DNA of 64,000 nt from Bdellovibrionota bacterium FG-1. GTDB lineage: Bacteria; Bdellovibrionota; UBA1018. Each line of letters begins with the position of its first letter. The first letter of the stretch is position 1. Location: the NCBI GenBank assembly GCA_051382295.1, contig JBBCAW010000004.1, positions 75,053 to 139,052 of the forward strand. The letters run 5' to 3'. Position numbers and translations under genes: made by a program. Below the pieces are notes generated by a model. The model ran no database searches and was not told the DNA's origin. It was given only the letters and a program-made list of their open reading frames with translations. Positions 1 through 12,540 of this stretch are shown here, piece by piece.

Positions 1-418
1 GGGCATCTATACAATGGAGACAGTCCCTGGCAAACGGTTTCGGTATCTGTCTGATCGCTACATCGAAGACTACGCTCACCCCACTCAGGAGATTGGCCCC
101 TGTGATTTGATTTCAGATTTTTTTGGGCCTATCGCCTATACAGCGGCAGTTGATGTGGTGATAAAGAAGTATCTTGAACTTCTAAAAGTGGGCGGAAAAG
201 CCTATCTCCTGATTCCGCATAACCTTAAGATCAAGAACATGTATTTCTATGATTATCTCCGAAAAATTTCAGGGTTGACCGTTGAATCGCGACCATACGA
301 TGCCCTGAACTCAGTTTATGAACTCACCAAGACGGGACAAACGGGTGACGCGCCAAGCCTCAAGCTCACCCACTTTTTGAGCGGCGAACCTCCCTCACGC
401 GAGTTCGAACTCAAGTAA
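1..418 (+). CDS. Partial (5'-truncated by window edge) probable class I SAM-dependent methyltransferase-like protein
   Basis: Frame is open back to the window start. DLISDFFGPIAY and LLKVGGKAYL resemble methyltransferase post-II and LKPGG motifs; motif I is not in the window. Confidence 0.4.
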   Translation, partial: GIYTMETVPGKRFRYLSDRYIEDYAHPTQEIGPCDLISDFFGPIAYTAAVDVVIKKYLELLKVGGKAYLLIPHNLKIKNMYFYDYLRKISGLTVESRPYDALNSVYELTKTGQTGDAPSLKLTHFLSGEPPSREFELK

Positions 419-1666
419 TTAATAAGCCCGCTTTAACTCATCCAAATGCATCTGCAAAAATTTCCCACGCCGACTGCACATGAGATTGTCCGTGTCGATT
501 TGGTAATTAATCATCATCTTACGAGCGGTATCATAGAACTCGATATAGCAATCCGGATAGCCCAAAACATGGCCAAACTCATGGCGAATCGTCCATCGCG
601 TTGTGTATTCTTGAATCGAACGATTGGCGTCCATCGTAATGGTATTTCCACCCAACCCATCCACATGGGGCGTCACGCCTGGCTCGAAAACGACCTCAGG
701 AGTACCGAAGGAACCGGAGATGAAATTCAGTCGAAGGTGAAAGGCTTGAAGGCGCCACTCGTCTTCGATGTTGAGCTGCAGCCAATCCTGAACCGATTTT
801 TCACCAGGATGGGTAAAGGGGACATTGAAAACGAGACCGCTCGAATCGAAGCGCGAATCAGCACGCGAATTCTGAATTCTAAAAAAGGCATCAAACATCC
901 GCCTGGCGCTTATTTGATATAACTGATGAAAACTCAGGGGCTGTCCATTCGCCGTAATGGATCGATCGAGTGCCGTCCCGCAAGCCGAGTGTGATTTACC
1001 GCTGTTGTGACACTCGCTGATCAACCAACCCCGTAAGAGATCTCGTTTGGTCGGTTCAAGCGAAGACCAGTTGGATAACTTGGCCGCGAGTTCGGGCTCC
1101 TTGGCTAAAAAGTAATACCCCCGAATGTCCATGGTCGATCGAGAGGCATAGGATTGAAGAGCTGGCTCTTGCAATAACCATCGACTTGCAGCTTGATAGA
1201 CCCGATCCACACCGCGAGCGATGTCCAAAAATTTCATGTCATCCAGAGGGACTTGCGCACTCGGAGGCGTTTGGCCGCTGAGCACTGCCGCGACCGACTC
1301 TGGAAGCGAGAGTTGCATTGTGGCAAAATCCTTCTGGATCAACGTGGGATTGGATTCCCGTGGATGATCAATTGGAATGCCGACTTGAGTTTCTGGCGTT
1401 GATAGTTCAAGACGATTATTTTCGGGTCGATTCTGGTTGATGAGATCCAGCCAATCGAGATTCCTTTTCCCATAATCCAGAATTTGTTGCAGCGGACCTC
1501 GGGTTTGCACTCCTGAATTCGCCAAGAGTGCGCGATATTCGGTCCCATCCATATCGAGTTCAAGATGGGGAAGTTCCTGAGTAGAAAAACCGTAAGCCTG
1601 AGTTCCCATTATCCGAATTAGAAACACGCATCCCAAAACAAACATGGCCTTCTGTGGCTTTTTCAT
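419..1666 (-). CDS. Secreted zinc metalloprotease-like protein (HExxHxxGxxD)
   Basis: IRHEFGHVLGYPD motif with downstream NLM Met-turn; N-terminal signal-like segment. ATG 1666 is preceded by GGAGG (track starts at TTG 1750). Confidence 0.7.
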   Translation of the reverse strand: MKKPQKAMFVLGCVFLIRIMGTQAYGFSTQELPHLELDMDGTEYRALLANSGVQTRGPLQQILDYGKRNLDWLDLINQNRPENNRLELSTPETQVGIPIDHPRESNPTLIQKDFATMQLSLPESVAAVLSGQTPPSAQVPLDDMKFLDIARGVDRVYQAASRWLLQEPALQSYASRSTMDIRGYYFLAKEPELAAKLSNWSSLEPTKRDLLRGWLISECHNSGKSHSACGTALDRSITANGQPLSFHQLYQISARRMFDAFFRIQNSRADSRFDSSGLVFNVPFTHPGEKSVQDWLQLNIEDEWRLQAFHLRLNFISGSFGTPEVVFEPGVTPHVDGLGGNTITMDANRSIQEYTTRWTIRHEFGHVLGYPDCYIEFYDTARKMMINYQIDTDNLMCSRRGKFLQMHLDELKRAY

Positions 1667-1751
1667 CAGTTCCTCCAATGAACATTGAAATCGACATAGA
1701 CAAAGAATGAATTGCCTGAAAAGCGTAACAAACCAAGCGGGCAGCCGCAAG

Positions 1752-3782
<2,031 letters not shown>

Positions 3783-3789
3783 TCAAATT

Positions 3790-5400
3790 CTAAAAATACG
3801 CGACGACACTTGGCAATAGCGTAAAGGTCTTTTGGGAGAGGGTGTTTCCATTGTCATAGGTCCCCCCGGTACCATGAATTTCAAAGCCAAATTGAAAGGT
3901 AATCCTCGGCAAATAGCGGTAATAACCGCCCAAATAAATGCGCGCATTATGAGAAGAAGCCAATGAAATCGACGTCAAGCCGGCTTCGGTCCCGCTATTC
4001 AAAAGGCCAAACTCAAGATCCAGCTTGGCACCCCAATGACCCCGCAAGGGAATGTCTCCCCCCAGTCCCAGCATCACGGATTTCACGCTAAAGGGCGCTG
4101 TCAGCTCAACGTCCGAAATCGGCAAGTTTACTGAGTTGCCCAGATAACCGATCTTAACCCAGGCTTTAGGACCAAAAAAATCACCCGAAACCAAATACGA
4201 ATACCCCAAATCTAGCTTCGTGGACAGAATACTTCCGCTCACCCCACTGGCGGTCGTGGCGGTGCCGTCCGCAATATTTTTTTGCGAATAGCCGAAAGTT
4301 CCATAGCCCATTTCAAAGTCAGCGAAAACCGCTCGAGTAATCCAAAGTTCACCTTCGCCCCGCGCGCCATACACAAAGCCGCTTCCGGTCACCCCGGTCG
4401 TCGCGGTCGTGTTACTGGCTTCGCGAGTAAAAGTTCCCATCAGAAGCGAGACGTGTCCAAATCCGAGTTGGGCCGGCGGAGATTCTGACTGCGAAGACGG
4501 CGTCGTGAGGTCAGACGCATTTTCAGCAAGGACGGTTTCAGAACCTGAGTCCGCATATTTTGCGACTTTTACGGAACGTGGAATGATCTGGATGATTTTT
4601 TGATATCGACCGACCTTACGCTTCTCTTCCTCAGAGACGACGTGGCAAAAGGCCATCGCTTCATCCGCTTGATCGACTTCGATCCGACCGGTAGGGGTTA
4701 TTCGCCAATCGACAATCTGCTTCAGTAACGGATGTTTTTTGACTTCGTCTAAGGTCCCCACCAAAAGGGTATCGCCCCGATGAACCCCTGAAAGCAGCCC
4801 TAAATTAACGGTTACTGCACGGTCATCTCGCCCGGTAACCTCGCCAATAAACGGAACCCGCTTAAAAAGATTATCGAGCGCCACCTTAAATGAGCCTGTG
4901 ATATCCCCTAGGCCCGGAAAGCCGCTCCCCTTTTGCCCATCGTCGCCAGCCGGGGTACCCCGACCTGGATCAGAGAGCGAAAACGACTCACTGGCCAAGA
5001 CTTCCATTCCTGGTGCATGAAGCCATTCCACCGTAAAGCGATATTCCGGTCCCTGCCGGCGAATCCGGGTGCGCAGCAGACTTTGGATTTTCATCGAGCG
5101 CGAAAGCTGTGCAAGGACCTCTGGATCTTCGATGGCTTTAGTATAGGGAATTTTAGATTGGGCCAGGAGGGTGTTGGCCTTGGATAGATCGACGAAACGG
5201 AAACGGCTCTGATGTAAAAAATAGTCCTTGTATGCAATAGTGACATAATCGGCAAACAGTCCATCCACGTTATCCGTCGCGTTCAGGGATCCAATTGCAT
5301 TGAGGAAATATTTTTGATCAACCTCCGTCGTAGCCTCCGCCGAACCGGTAGCCAGGATGATGCAGCAAAAGGTGAGGACTGGGCGTATAAAATTACCCAT
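3790..5400 (-). CDS. Exported protein with C-terminal outer-membrane beta-barrel
   Basis: Signal peptide; central segment (GEVTGRDDRAVTVNLG...GDTL) resembles a FlgT-C-like fold; alternating beta-strands ending in VAYF. Confidence 0.6.
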   Translation of the reverse strand: MGNFIRPVLTFCCIILATGSAEATTEVDQKYFLNAIGSLNATDNVDGLFADYVTIAYKDYFLHQSRFRFVDLSKANTLLAQSKIPYTKAIEDPEVLAQLSRSMKIQSLLRTRIRRQGPEYRFTVEWLHAPGMEVLASESFSLSDPGRGTPAGDDGQKGSGFPGLGDITGSFKVALDNLFKRVPFIGEVTGRDDRAVTVNLGLLSGVHRGDTLLVGTLDEVKKHPLLKQIVDWRITPTGRIEVDQADEAMAFCHVVSEEEKRKVGRYQKIIQIIPRSVKVAKYADSGSETVLAENASDLTTPSSQSESPPAQLGFGHVSLLMGTFTREASNTTATTGVTGSGFVYGARGEGELWITRAVFADFEMGYGTFGYSQKNIADGTATTASGVSGSILSTKLDLGYSYLVSGDFFGPKAWVKIGYLGNSVNLPISDVELTAPFSVKSVMLGLGGDIPLRGHWGAKLDLEFGLLNSGTEAGLTSISLASSHNARIYLGGYYRYLPRITFQFGFEIHGTGGTYDNGNTLSQKTFTLLPSVVAYF

Positions 5401-5749
5401 TCGTACTCAGGGGGGAATTCAGTTGTTCTTCATAGATCGCAACGAGCATCTTGAGCTCCGCAATTTCTTCTTGAGCGGCCAACAACTGAAGCCTCATAGT
5501 TTGCGCATCGGTTTCCCTTTTTACATCCAAGTCCCTTTCGGGCGCGTGAAATGGTTTTTCCGAAAAGCTCAGTAAATATCGGCCATTTTCCACTTTATAA
5601 AGGATCTTATTGGCTTTGATATACCGCCGCAGTGTCGAAAGACTGACACCACTTTTGATGGCATACTCCATCAACGGGAGCCACTCGATTTCAGGACTCA
5701 TTCCCTTGACGGGATTCTTATAAAAAACGCCTTGATCTATTTCACCCAT
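5393..5749 (-). CDS. Small helix-turn-helix DNA-binding protein with C-terminal coiled coil
   Basis: WLPLMEYAIKSGVSLSTLRRYIK is a MerR/excisionase-like HTH; C-terminal LLAAQEEIAELKMLV heptads. The start could be 5701. Confidence 0.65.
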   Translation of the reverse strand: MGEIDQGVFYKNPVKGMSPEIEWLPLMEYAIKSGVSLSTLRRYIKANKILYKVENGRYLLSFSEKPFHAPERDLDVKRETDAQTMRLQLLAAQEEIAELKMLVAIYEEQLNSPLSTNG

Positions 5750-5806
5750 ATATTCTCATTCTTAATTGTATTTCCATGCGAATGAAATTCAAGTACCCTG
5801 TTCATT

Positions 5807-7147
5807 ATGTCAGATTCCCAACCAGGTCCTATACCCGGTCCAAGGCGTCGAGCAGCAAGTGATCGTATCCAAATTGGCCCTAAACGCAAAATAGCTTTTG
5901 TTTGTAGCGGCGGCGCCACTAAAGCCGGAGCATTTCACTTGGGTGTTGCCCTTGCTCTCAAGGAACAGGGGTTCAAGTTCTTTGGAGGAATGGTCCCTGT
6001 CACGGGTCCAGCCCCCACGCCAGGTCCGATGGATATATCGACCTACGTGGGCTCCAGCGCAGGGTCAATTATCGCCACCTACTTGGCAGCCGGTTATAGT
6101 CTGGATAACATCTTTAATTCCTTTTTGGGGCGAAAACCGAAAGAGCCGCTCTCTCCGAGCGAACTTTTACCCAAGCCGTTGCCACGGCTGACTTACCAAA
6201 AGATGTTCAGGCTGCGTCCCGAATTGGCCCGCGAACAGCTGACTCAGCTTTCTTTTTTTAAAAAAACCTTCTCCACGATCCTAGAGGGGGATTGGCAGGC
6301 GCTTTTGCAGCTCAAATGGCTGAAGGCGACCGGGATATTTTCGACCGCGGGAATTGAGCAATACCTTCGCGAAGACGTGCTTCTGTCCAACCGGTTTCAG
6401 GACTATTTGGCAGATTTGTTTTGCGTCGCCACCCAACTGAACCATTCACGCAAGGTGGTCTTTGGAAAATATAGTTATCAGCCACCGCCTTGGGACCTCA
6501 CCTGCCAATACGATAATGACGTGGGGATCTCGGACGCTTGCGCAGCGAGCGCCGCCTTGCCGGTCATCTTTGCGCCACACCCGATCCGGAACCAAAGTGG
6601 AAAGATAATTTATTATATTGATGGAGAGATCCGCGACACCTTGTCGACCCATGTCGCGATCGATTCGGGGGCAGACCTCGTGTTTGCGAGTTACACCCAC
6701 AAACCCTACCATTTTTTGCGTGAAATCGGCTCTTTGACTGACCACGGGCTTCCAGCCATTGTGATTCAGTCGATCTATTTATTGATCGAGCAAAAAATCA
6801 ACGCTCATGTTTACAACCGACAAATCCATCGCAACGCAATCACGGAAGTTTCGCGCTTTTGCAAAGATAGCGGGATTTCTGAGGAACAGCGAAAGAAGAT
6901 TTGCGGCATCATGGAGCAAGAGCTCCATTACCGAATGGATGTGGATGTGATTTATATCCACCCGAGTTCGACAGATGCCTCGGCGTTCTTTGGGGAGCAT
7001 TTTAGCTTATCTCCCAACAAGATGGCCGAGATCGTAAAGAGCGGTTTTCGGAGTTGTATCGATACGTTACGACGATATGACTTTGCTGATCGCAAAAAAG
7101 ACCTCGCGATGGGACTGACTGACGAAGGTGCTAAAATCGCAACTTGA
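5807..7147 (+). CDS. Patatin-like phospholipase
   Basis: CSGGATKAG glycine-rich loop, GSSAG nucleophile elbow, YIDGE catalytic Asp motif. Confidence 0.9.
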   Translation: MSDSQPGPIPGPRRRAASDRIQIGPKRKIAFVCSGGATKAGAFHLGVALALKEQGFKFFGGMVPVTGPAPTPGPMDISTYVGSSAGSIIATYLAAGYSLDNIFNSFLGRKPKEPLSPSELLPKPLPRLTYQKMFRLRPELAREQLTQLSFFKKTFSTILEGDWQALLQLKWLKATGIFSTAGIEQYLREDVLLSNRFQDYLADLFCVATQLNHSRKVVFGKYSYQPPPWDLTCQYDNDVGISDACAASAALPVIFAPHPIRNQSGKIIYYIDGEIRDTLSTHVAIDSGADLVFASYTHKPYHFLREIGSLTDHGLPAIVIQSIYLLIEQKINAHVYNRQIHRNAITEVSRFCKDSGISEEQRKKICGIMEQELHYRMDVDVIYIHPSSTDASAFFGEHFSLSPNKMAEIVKSGFRSCIDTLRRYDFADRKKDLAMGLTDEGAKIAT

Positions 7148-7355
7148 TTTTAGTTGTTGTCGCCCAGGCGCAAGTGCGTTATGAAGCAAATCGGTTTGGG
7201 CATCCAGAAGTTCCGGCATAATTTAGTCGGAGCTCTTGTGTTGGATGCCATCGTCGCGGATGCTGTTGCCGCCGAAGCAATTGCTGAAGGCGCATTACGC
7301 CGCGACTAGATTTTTTGACTTGCGAGGAAAGGTTTTATCTCCACTCAAGATTCAC

Positions 7356-7921
7356 TCAAGAATTCAAGATCGCCTTCCTCGGAAACACCAACGTAACCTC
7401 TGCCCCACGAGCCGAGTTGGAAAACTCCGCGCGACCCCCCAGGCTCTCCATGCAATCATTGCCGTGGCGGAGATCGAAAAAACAATGTCCGAAAAAGCCG
7501 GATTCTGAAGTGCAAATTTGTGTTTTTCCCAGGTGAGATAAAACACTAACAAATAGCCCAAAACCCACACCAAAAGCAGCGGACGAAACACCTTTTTTGG
7601 AACTGAAAACATAAAAGAGACACCAATTGAGAGCTGGCAAAAGGCGAAATAGTAAAGCGGCCGGTACCACTGACCCTGCATCGTATAAAGCATCGCGTGA
7701 ATACCCACGAGCGTGTTGGCTGTAACGGATTTATAATCCCGCCAAAGCCAACCCGCTAAAATGAACGCCGTAACGATCAAAAAGGCTTTTTCGATAAAAT
7801 AAAGCTGCCGCTGCGACTCCGCTAGCATCGGCAGCTCCGTCAAGACAATCAAGATGCCTTGCGAGGCATACAGAATCATCGCGACCGTCGCACCCAGCCG
7901 ATATTTATTTTGTCCCATCAT
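7356..7921 (-). pseudogene. Membrane sensor histidine kinase remnant (TM region joined out of frame to the last 31 aa of a HATPase)
   Basis: Multi-TM ORF 7364-7921. A second frame, 7451-7356, reads MESLGGRAEFSNSARGAEVTLVFP, a typical HATPase_c tail. No H-box, N or G1 box. Lies directly downstream of a response regulator. Confidence 0.65.
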
Positions 7922-8588
7922 TCCTATTCTTTTCGTACAAATAGCCTTTGCCCCGAATCGACCGAAGGCGATCCCGCAATGCTGGAATCTTTTTTTTGAG
8001 GTTTAACAGGTGCGTATCCAAAAGATTGTCGGCGATCACACGGCCATCCCAAACCCGGGCGACAATTTCCTCACGAGAGAGTCGCTTTCCCGCGCTCGCT
8101 TCAAAAACTTAAAGTAATCGGAACTCGATGTCCGTGAGAGTAGGCTCATGCAACTCGATTTGATTTGAATCGACCCCGTCATCGCCTTTCTCTGAATGAG
8201 TGAGGCCCTTTTGTCTTCGGCGGTATTCGTGCGCCGCATCCTTCACCGTCGCCATGAAAAGCACGTATTTGACTGGCTTTTCTAAAATGGCAAAAACGTG
8301 CAGATTAGCCGCCATCATGGCGACTTCCTTGTCAGCGTAAGCGGTCACCAAAATCACGGGGGCAAGGATACGAGCTTCTTTCACGCGCCTCAGGATCTCG
8401 GCCCCATCCGTAAACTGCATTTTATAGTCAAAAATGATCACATGAACCTGATCCAGCAGCGAAACCGCCCAACACGGATCCGTCATCGAAATGACCTCGT
8501 ATTCGAGCTGAAGGGCGAGAGTCGTCGCTCTTAAAAACGTCGGGTCATCGTCAATCATGAGAATTTTAGCGCGAGGTTGCATGGACAA
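7905..8588 (-). pseudogene. OmpR-family response regulator with in-frame premature stop
   Basis: REC domain (IDDD, FDYKM, LVTA, EKPV). After TAA at 8111-8109 the same frame continues VFEASAGKRLSREEIVARVW...DTHLLNLKKK...SIRGKGY (winged helix) to TAA 7907-7905. Confidence 0.85.
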
Positions 8589-8681
8589 AACACCTTGTGA
8601 TTATGTTTTTTTGAATGGTATAATAGCATAAGCTTTTCAGGCAAGCTTTAATACCTGGAAAACCTCGTTGACTAAAACGAC

Positions 8682-9158
8682 TTACAGGTCAGAAAAGTCA
8701 ATCGTTTCACAATCCGAACCCTTCGTAACCGTTCCACTCGCATTTCGACCCAAGCATTTATCCATGATGATCACCGCCTTGAGCGCGCCTAAAGGTGAGA
8801 TCTGGGCCAGGGTCGTGCGATTCAGAACAGGGGGCCACCCGCGCACGATGGCCATGTAGTCCACGATCGCGCGCGCGATTCGGTCGTTTTGCGCCGTGAG
8901 TGGAAATAGCTGGGTAATGCGGTTGTGATACGCGAGAATCAGAGCGCCAGCATCTCGCAAGAGCGGTTTATCCCGCGCTGAAGCATGCCTCGGATCAAAG
9001 AGTGCCGCATTGAGCTCATTGAGAAGATCTGAAAAGGCCTGCGCTTCGGTCATCGGAGTGGTTGCGGGGGTTCCCAAGTGGTGGCCGCAGCTTGTCCACG
9101 TCGAGGCTGCAAGCAAAAGCGCGGTCGCGCGCAGGACGTATGATTTTGAAACTGACAT
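8682..9158 (-). CDS. Hypothetical lipoprotein
   Basis: ATG 9158 with AAGGA upstream; LLLAASTWTSC lipobox-like signal; 11 bp downstream of the Fic gene. Confidence 0.55.
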   Translation of the reverse strand: MSVSKSYVLRATALLLAASTWTSCGHHLGTPATTPMTEAQAFSDLLNELNAALFDPRHASARDKPLLRDAGALILAYHNRITQLFPLTAQNDRIARAIVDYMAIVRGWPPVLNRTTLAQISPLGALKAVIIMDKCLGRNASGTVTKGSDCETIDFSDL

Positions 9159-9169
9159 AAAAATTCCTT

Positions 9170-10486
9170 TTACCAAGGCCTTGGACCCGGCGTCATGGGT
9201 ACGACCGTGCATAGGTCCTTCCAATCAATAGATAAGGTTTGTTTGACTGGCTTGCCCTCCAGATAGTCCGCGCAACCTTCCAAAATATTTTGCGTCCGCT
9301 CTAAGCCCTGGGCGATTTGCTCGGCCCATCCTTCTTCGCTGTAATTGAGGTCATTCCAAGTCGTCCAATACAGCGGCGTGGGGAGTCCGAGGCTTCTTAA
9401 GAGGTAGTCGGCGAGCAATCGAACCGTACGGCCGTTTCCGTCGTTAAATGGGTGAATGCCGAGGAGCCAGTGCTCTAGACGCGCGACGGTGCGGAGGGGA
9501 TCAGCGGGCTTTTCTGTGGAAAGCTGAGGCTGGTACCAAGTGCGCGTGGTTTGGTTGATGCTTTCGAGCGCTTCGGCGGTCCGTAACGGGATTTGGTCGA
9601 CTGCCAAGAACGTAAAAAATCCGCATTGCCTGCGAACCGTCTTGCCGTCTTCAATCGAGTCAAAACCAAATGACGGATTTTGGTCCAAAGCGTTGAGGAC
9701 CTCGATCTTGAGTACGGGCCAGATGGCCTTTCCATCGCTATCCATCCTGCCATTCGGAAAGACGAGGGCTTCTTCGCGAGCAGTTAGCTCGCGCGGGGAT
9801 TCGTCCAGGCAGTGGATCGGGTGAAACTCTCCCATCGGATGAGAATCCGCAGTAGGCAAACCCTGGGCGTCGACCGGATATTTGAGGTGGTCAAAGGTGT
9901 GCTCCGTGATCGCGTCCTTGTGGTAATAGTACCCGAACTCCACATGACCCTGCCTGAAGCCATCATACATGTCGGGTGGCAAATCGATTCCCCAGTCCAC
10001 CAGTCCGTGAAAGGCTTTGGTGTGAACCGTCATCATCATCGCAACGTCGATCGGTGCTAGACCCAAAGCGTGGGACTCAGTGGCCGTAGTCCAGTTTTCA
10101 GCGACTTTGCTGTCGATCCATAGCGCTGCGTCCTGCCATTTTGAAAAAACTTCGGGCGTGGGATCTTGGCCGTACTTGGTCGAATAGATCCACCAAGGAT
10201 CTCCGTGAGCCCGCGTCCCAAGCCAACCTAAATAATCGGAGGATAAATTGACCAACCTTGGCCCCAAAACTCCTCTGAGCCTCAACGCGGAATGCCCGTG
10301 AATACGGGCCTGTGCTGATTCAAAAGCAGTATATAGGTCACAAAGGTTCGCAAAACGCGTGGTCGCCAAGGCCGGGCTCTTCATGCTCGCAAGCCAGGAG
10401 GGGCAATCGGCTGCCCCCGCAAGAGGGGAGCAGGTAAGGGTGAGCAAAACAGCAAAATTTCTCAAACAAAACAGATAGTTTCTCAT
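9170..10486 (-). CDS. Fic-domain protein with N-terminal signal peptide
   Basis: Complete HPFNDGNGRTVR Fic motif; N-terminus MRNYLFCLRNFAVLLTLTCSPLAGAA. Alternative start 10501. Confidence 0.85.
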   Translation of the reverse strand: MRNYLFCLRNFAVLLTLTCSPLAGAADCPSWLASMKSPALATTRFANLCDLYTAFESAQARIHGHSALRLRGVLGPRLVNLSSDYLGWLGTRAHGDPWWIYSTKYGQDPTPEVFSKWQDAALWIDSKVAENWTTATESHALGLAPIDVAMMMTVHTKAFHGLVDWGIDLPPDMYDGFRQGHVEFGYYYHKDAITEHTFDHLKYPVDAQGLPTADSHPMGEFHPIHCLDESPRELTAREEALVFPNGRMDSDGKAIWPVLKIEVLNALDQNPSFGFDSIEDGKTVRRQCGFFTFLAVDQIPLRTAEALESINQTTRTWYQPQLSTEKPADPLRTVARLEHWLLGIHPFNDGNGRTVRLLADYLLRSLGLPTPLYWTTWNDLNYSEEGWAEQIAQGLERTQNILEGCADYLEGKPVKQTLSIDWKDLCTVVPMTPGPRPW

Positions 10487-10577
10487 GCTTCGGCGAGTCA
10501 TAACAAGCGAGGTCCTCGTTGTAAAGTGTTCAATTGTGCTTGTTAATTAATACACTGCGCTATAAAGGGGTAGCGCC

Positions 10578-11435
10578 ATGTTTAAGCGATGCCTCCTGAG
10601 TTTTGCGTTTTTTGCGGGAGTCGTCTCTCTGAACGCCTGTGCGAGTAAGAATGACAACCCCGCGTTGGATCCTCTCACCGAGGCGTATTCGTTGATGGAC
10701 CAGGGACAAAACGCGCGGGCGATTTTGATTCTCGAGTCCGAGGCGGCCCGAAACCCCAAAGACGCCGAAACGAATGTTTTGCTGGCCTCTGCCTATCTGG
10801 GGAAAACCGGCGTGGATGTTTACCGGATTTACGACAGTTTCAAAGACGTGCTTTTTGACCAGTCTCTGAGTGATAAGTTTTGGAAAGCTCTATTGGATCG
10901 GTCGATTGCCCCTCCAAACGGGCATTCTCCTATTGAGCTTTTGATTGATCAGGTGGATCGTTTTTTGAACTTAGTGAGGGAAGTGGTTTCTTTTTTGAAT
11001 CGATTTCCCAAGGTGGAAAAAGAGAAGTGGGCGTTGATCGATCAGGCACTCGAGCATCTCGACGCCATCGAAGCCACTCGAGATATCAGCCTCTACCGAG
11101 TTTTTATTCGAATTATTTACTTGAAAGCGTTTATTAACCTCGAAATCATCGGCAACCCCGATTTTGGAAATCGGCAATGGGCTTGCGGCTTGGACCTGAA
11201 TCACTTTAGAGATGGCCTAGCGTGGATTGCTCGAAACCTTTCTTTGGCCACCGAAGATTTTCGGCGGGTGTATCCGGATCAATACTCGTCCTTGGCGATT
11301 TTTAGCGGCACGGTGACTGAGCTTTATGAGGGCCTGAATGGGCTCGAGTCGGAGACGTCTCCGAGTGCAACCGGCACTCTGACTCTTCAGGGGCGTTTGC
11401 GGGAGGCGTTCAAATGCGAACCCCATCCAAACTGA
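10578..11435 (+). CDS. TPR-like helical lipoprotein
   Basis: VSLNAC lipobox; AYSLMDQGQNARAILILE...ETNVLLASAYLG is a TPR-like helix pair. Confidence 0.6.
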   Translation: MFKRCLLSFAFFAGVVSLNACASKNDNPALDPLTEAYSLMDQGQNARAILILESEAARNPKDAETNVLLASAYLGKTGVDVYRIYDSFKDVLFDQSLSDKFWKALLDRSIAPPNGHSPIELLIDQVDRFLNLVREVVSFLNRFPKVEKEKWALIDQALEHLDAIEATRDISLYRVFIRIIYLKAFINLEIIGNPDFGNRQWACGLDLNHFRDGLAWIARNLSLATEDFRRVYPDQYSSLAIFSGTVTELYEGLNGLESETSPSATGTLTLQGRLREAFKCEPHPN

Positions 11436-12498
11436 TATCCGTTCTTTTGTTGTTGGGGGCTGCGCGGGTTGACGCCGCTCCGAGTGGTCACGCATTTACC
11501 TCGGTGCCCTCCCGGTTTCAGTCGCTCGAGCTGACCACCGGATCGCGAGGATTGGGTGAGGTTTGTCTATCCAGAGATTCCATGCCGGACGGGACCGTTT
11601 GTAATCCCGCGTTTTGCCCGAACTCAGAGAGGGGCTCTTACTCGGAAAAGTTTATTTCGGTAATGGGTATTCGGCGCTGTCGACGGTCAATCAATTTGTG
11701 TATCAACCGATTACCAAAGATTTTTTGCATCAACTCTTTCATCAAAATGTCACGAGCGTAGAGGCTCACATTCCCCTTGTTTTTGCGACGCGGTATTTTT
11801 CGGCCGAATTTTCGCCCTATCGCGTTCAATACGTCTCAGAGATTCACAATCCCAATCTACCCGTCATCGCTATTCATGCCTCAGTCGAAAAAAGTCTCAG
11901 TTTTTCGGGGGGGATTCCCCTTTCTTGGGTAGACTCGCGATTCGAAAATTTTAGTTTTGGATCCAAGCTCCGGCTGATCCAACGCGATTACGTGCACGGT
12001 TCTTTTTCATTTTTTGATGTAGACGCAATCGGCAGTGACCCCCGGACCCTTTTGCCCTCTCAGACCCAGTACGGAGTTCTGGTGGACTCCTCGGTCGGAT
12101 GGGCACCCCCCAAGATGTTTTGGAAACCCAGAGTGAGCGTCTCGCTTAAAAACATGGGCAAACTTTGGCCCGAGGATCCCCTTTATCCAAAACTCACGGA
12201 CATCAATCTGGGGGTGGGAGTTGAACCTCCCCTGGGTTTTGGTCGTTTTCGAATGGGTGTGGATTTGATCAACCTGGTTCAAGCAGAGGCTTTGCTCGCG
12301 CGGGTTCGCCTGGGGGCCTCGTATCAGTTTGGGATTTTGGAAGTGATGGCAGGGCTGAATCAGAACTCATTGGCTACAGGATTGCAATTTGCGCTTCATA
12401 TTTTCCAAGCCGGTATTGTGTACGAATTTGTCCGAGATGATTTTGGGGGAGCGGACCCCGAGAGTCGAGTCGCCACGGAACTTGCCGTCAGACTTTAA
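11414..12498 (+). pseudogene. Outer-membrane beta-barrel (TraF/PorV/FadL-like) split by a frameshift
   Basis: Signal peptide and CNPAF lie in ORF 11414; barrel strands lie in ORF 11614-12498. One extra T in the T4 run at 11612-11615 would fuse them (CNPAFLPELREG). May be a sequencing error. Confidence 0.6.
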
Positions 12499-12540
12499 TT
12501 GGGACAGTATTAGGGCTATAATAGTATTAAGATAGTACTT

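Noticed and set aside
7148..7355. Short ORFs between the patatin gene and the kinase remnant
   Set aside because: Only ~40-codon frames on both strands with no RBS or motif; cannot be supported.
8641..8657. Sigma-54 promoter for the response regulator (AGGTATTAAAGCTTGC on minus strand)
   Set aside because: GG-to-GC spacing is one base too long.
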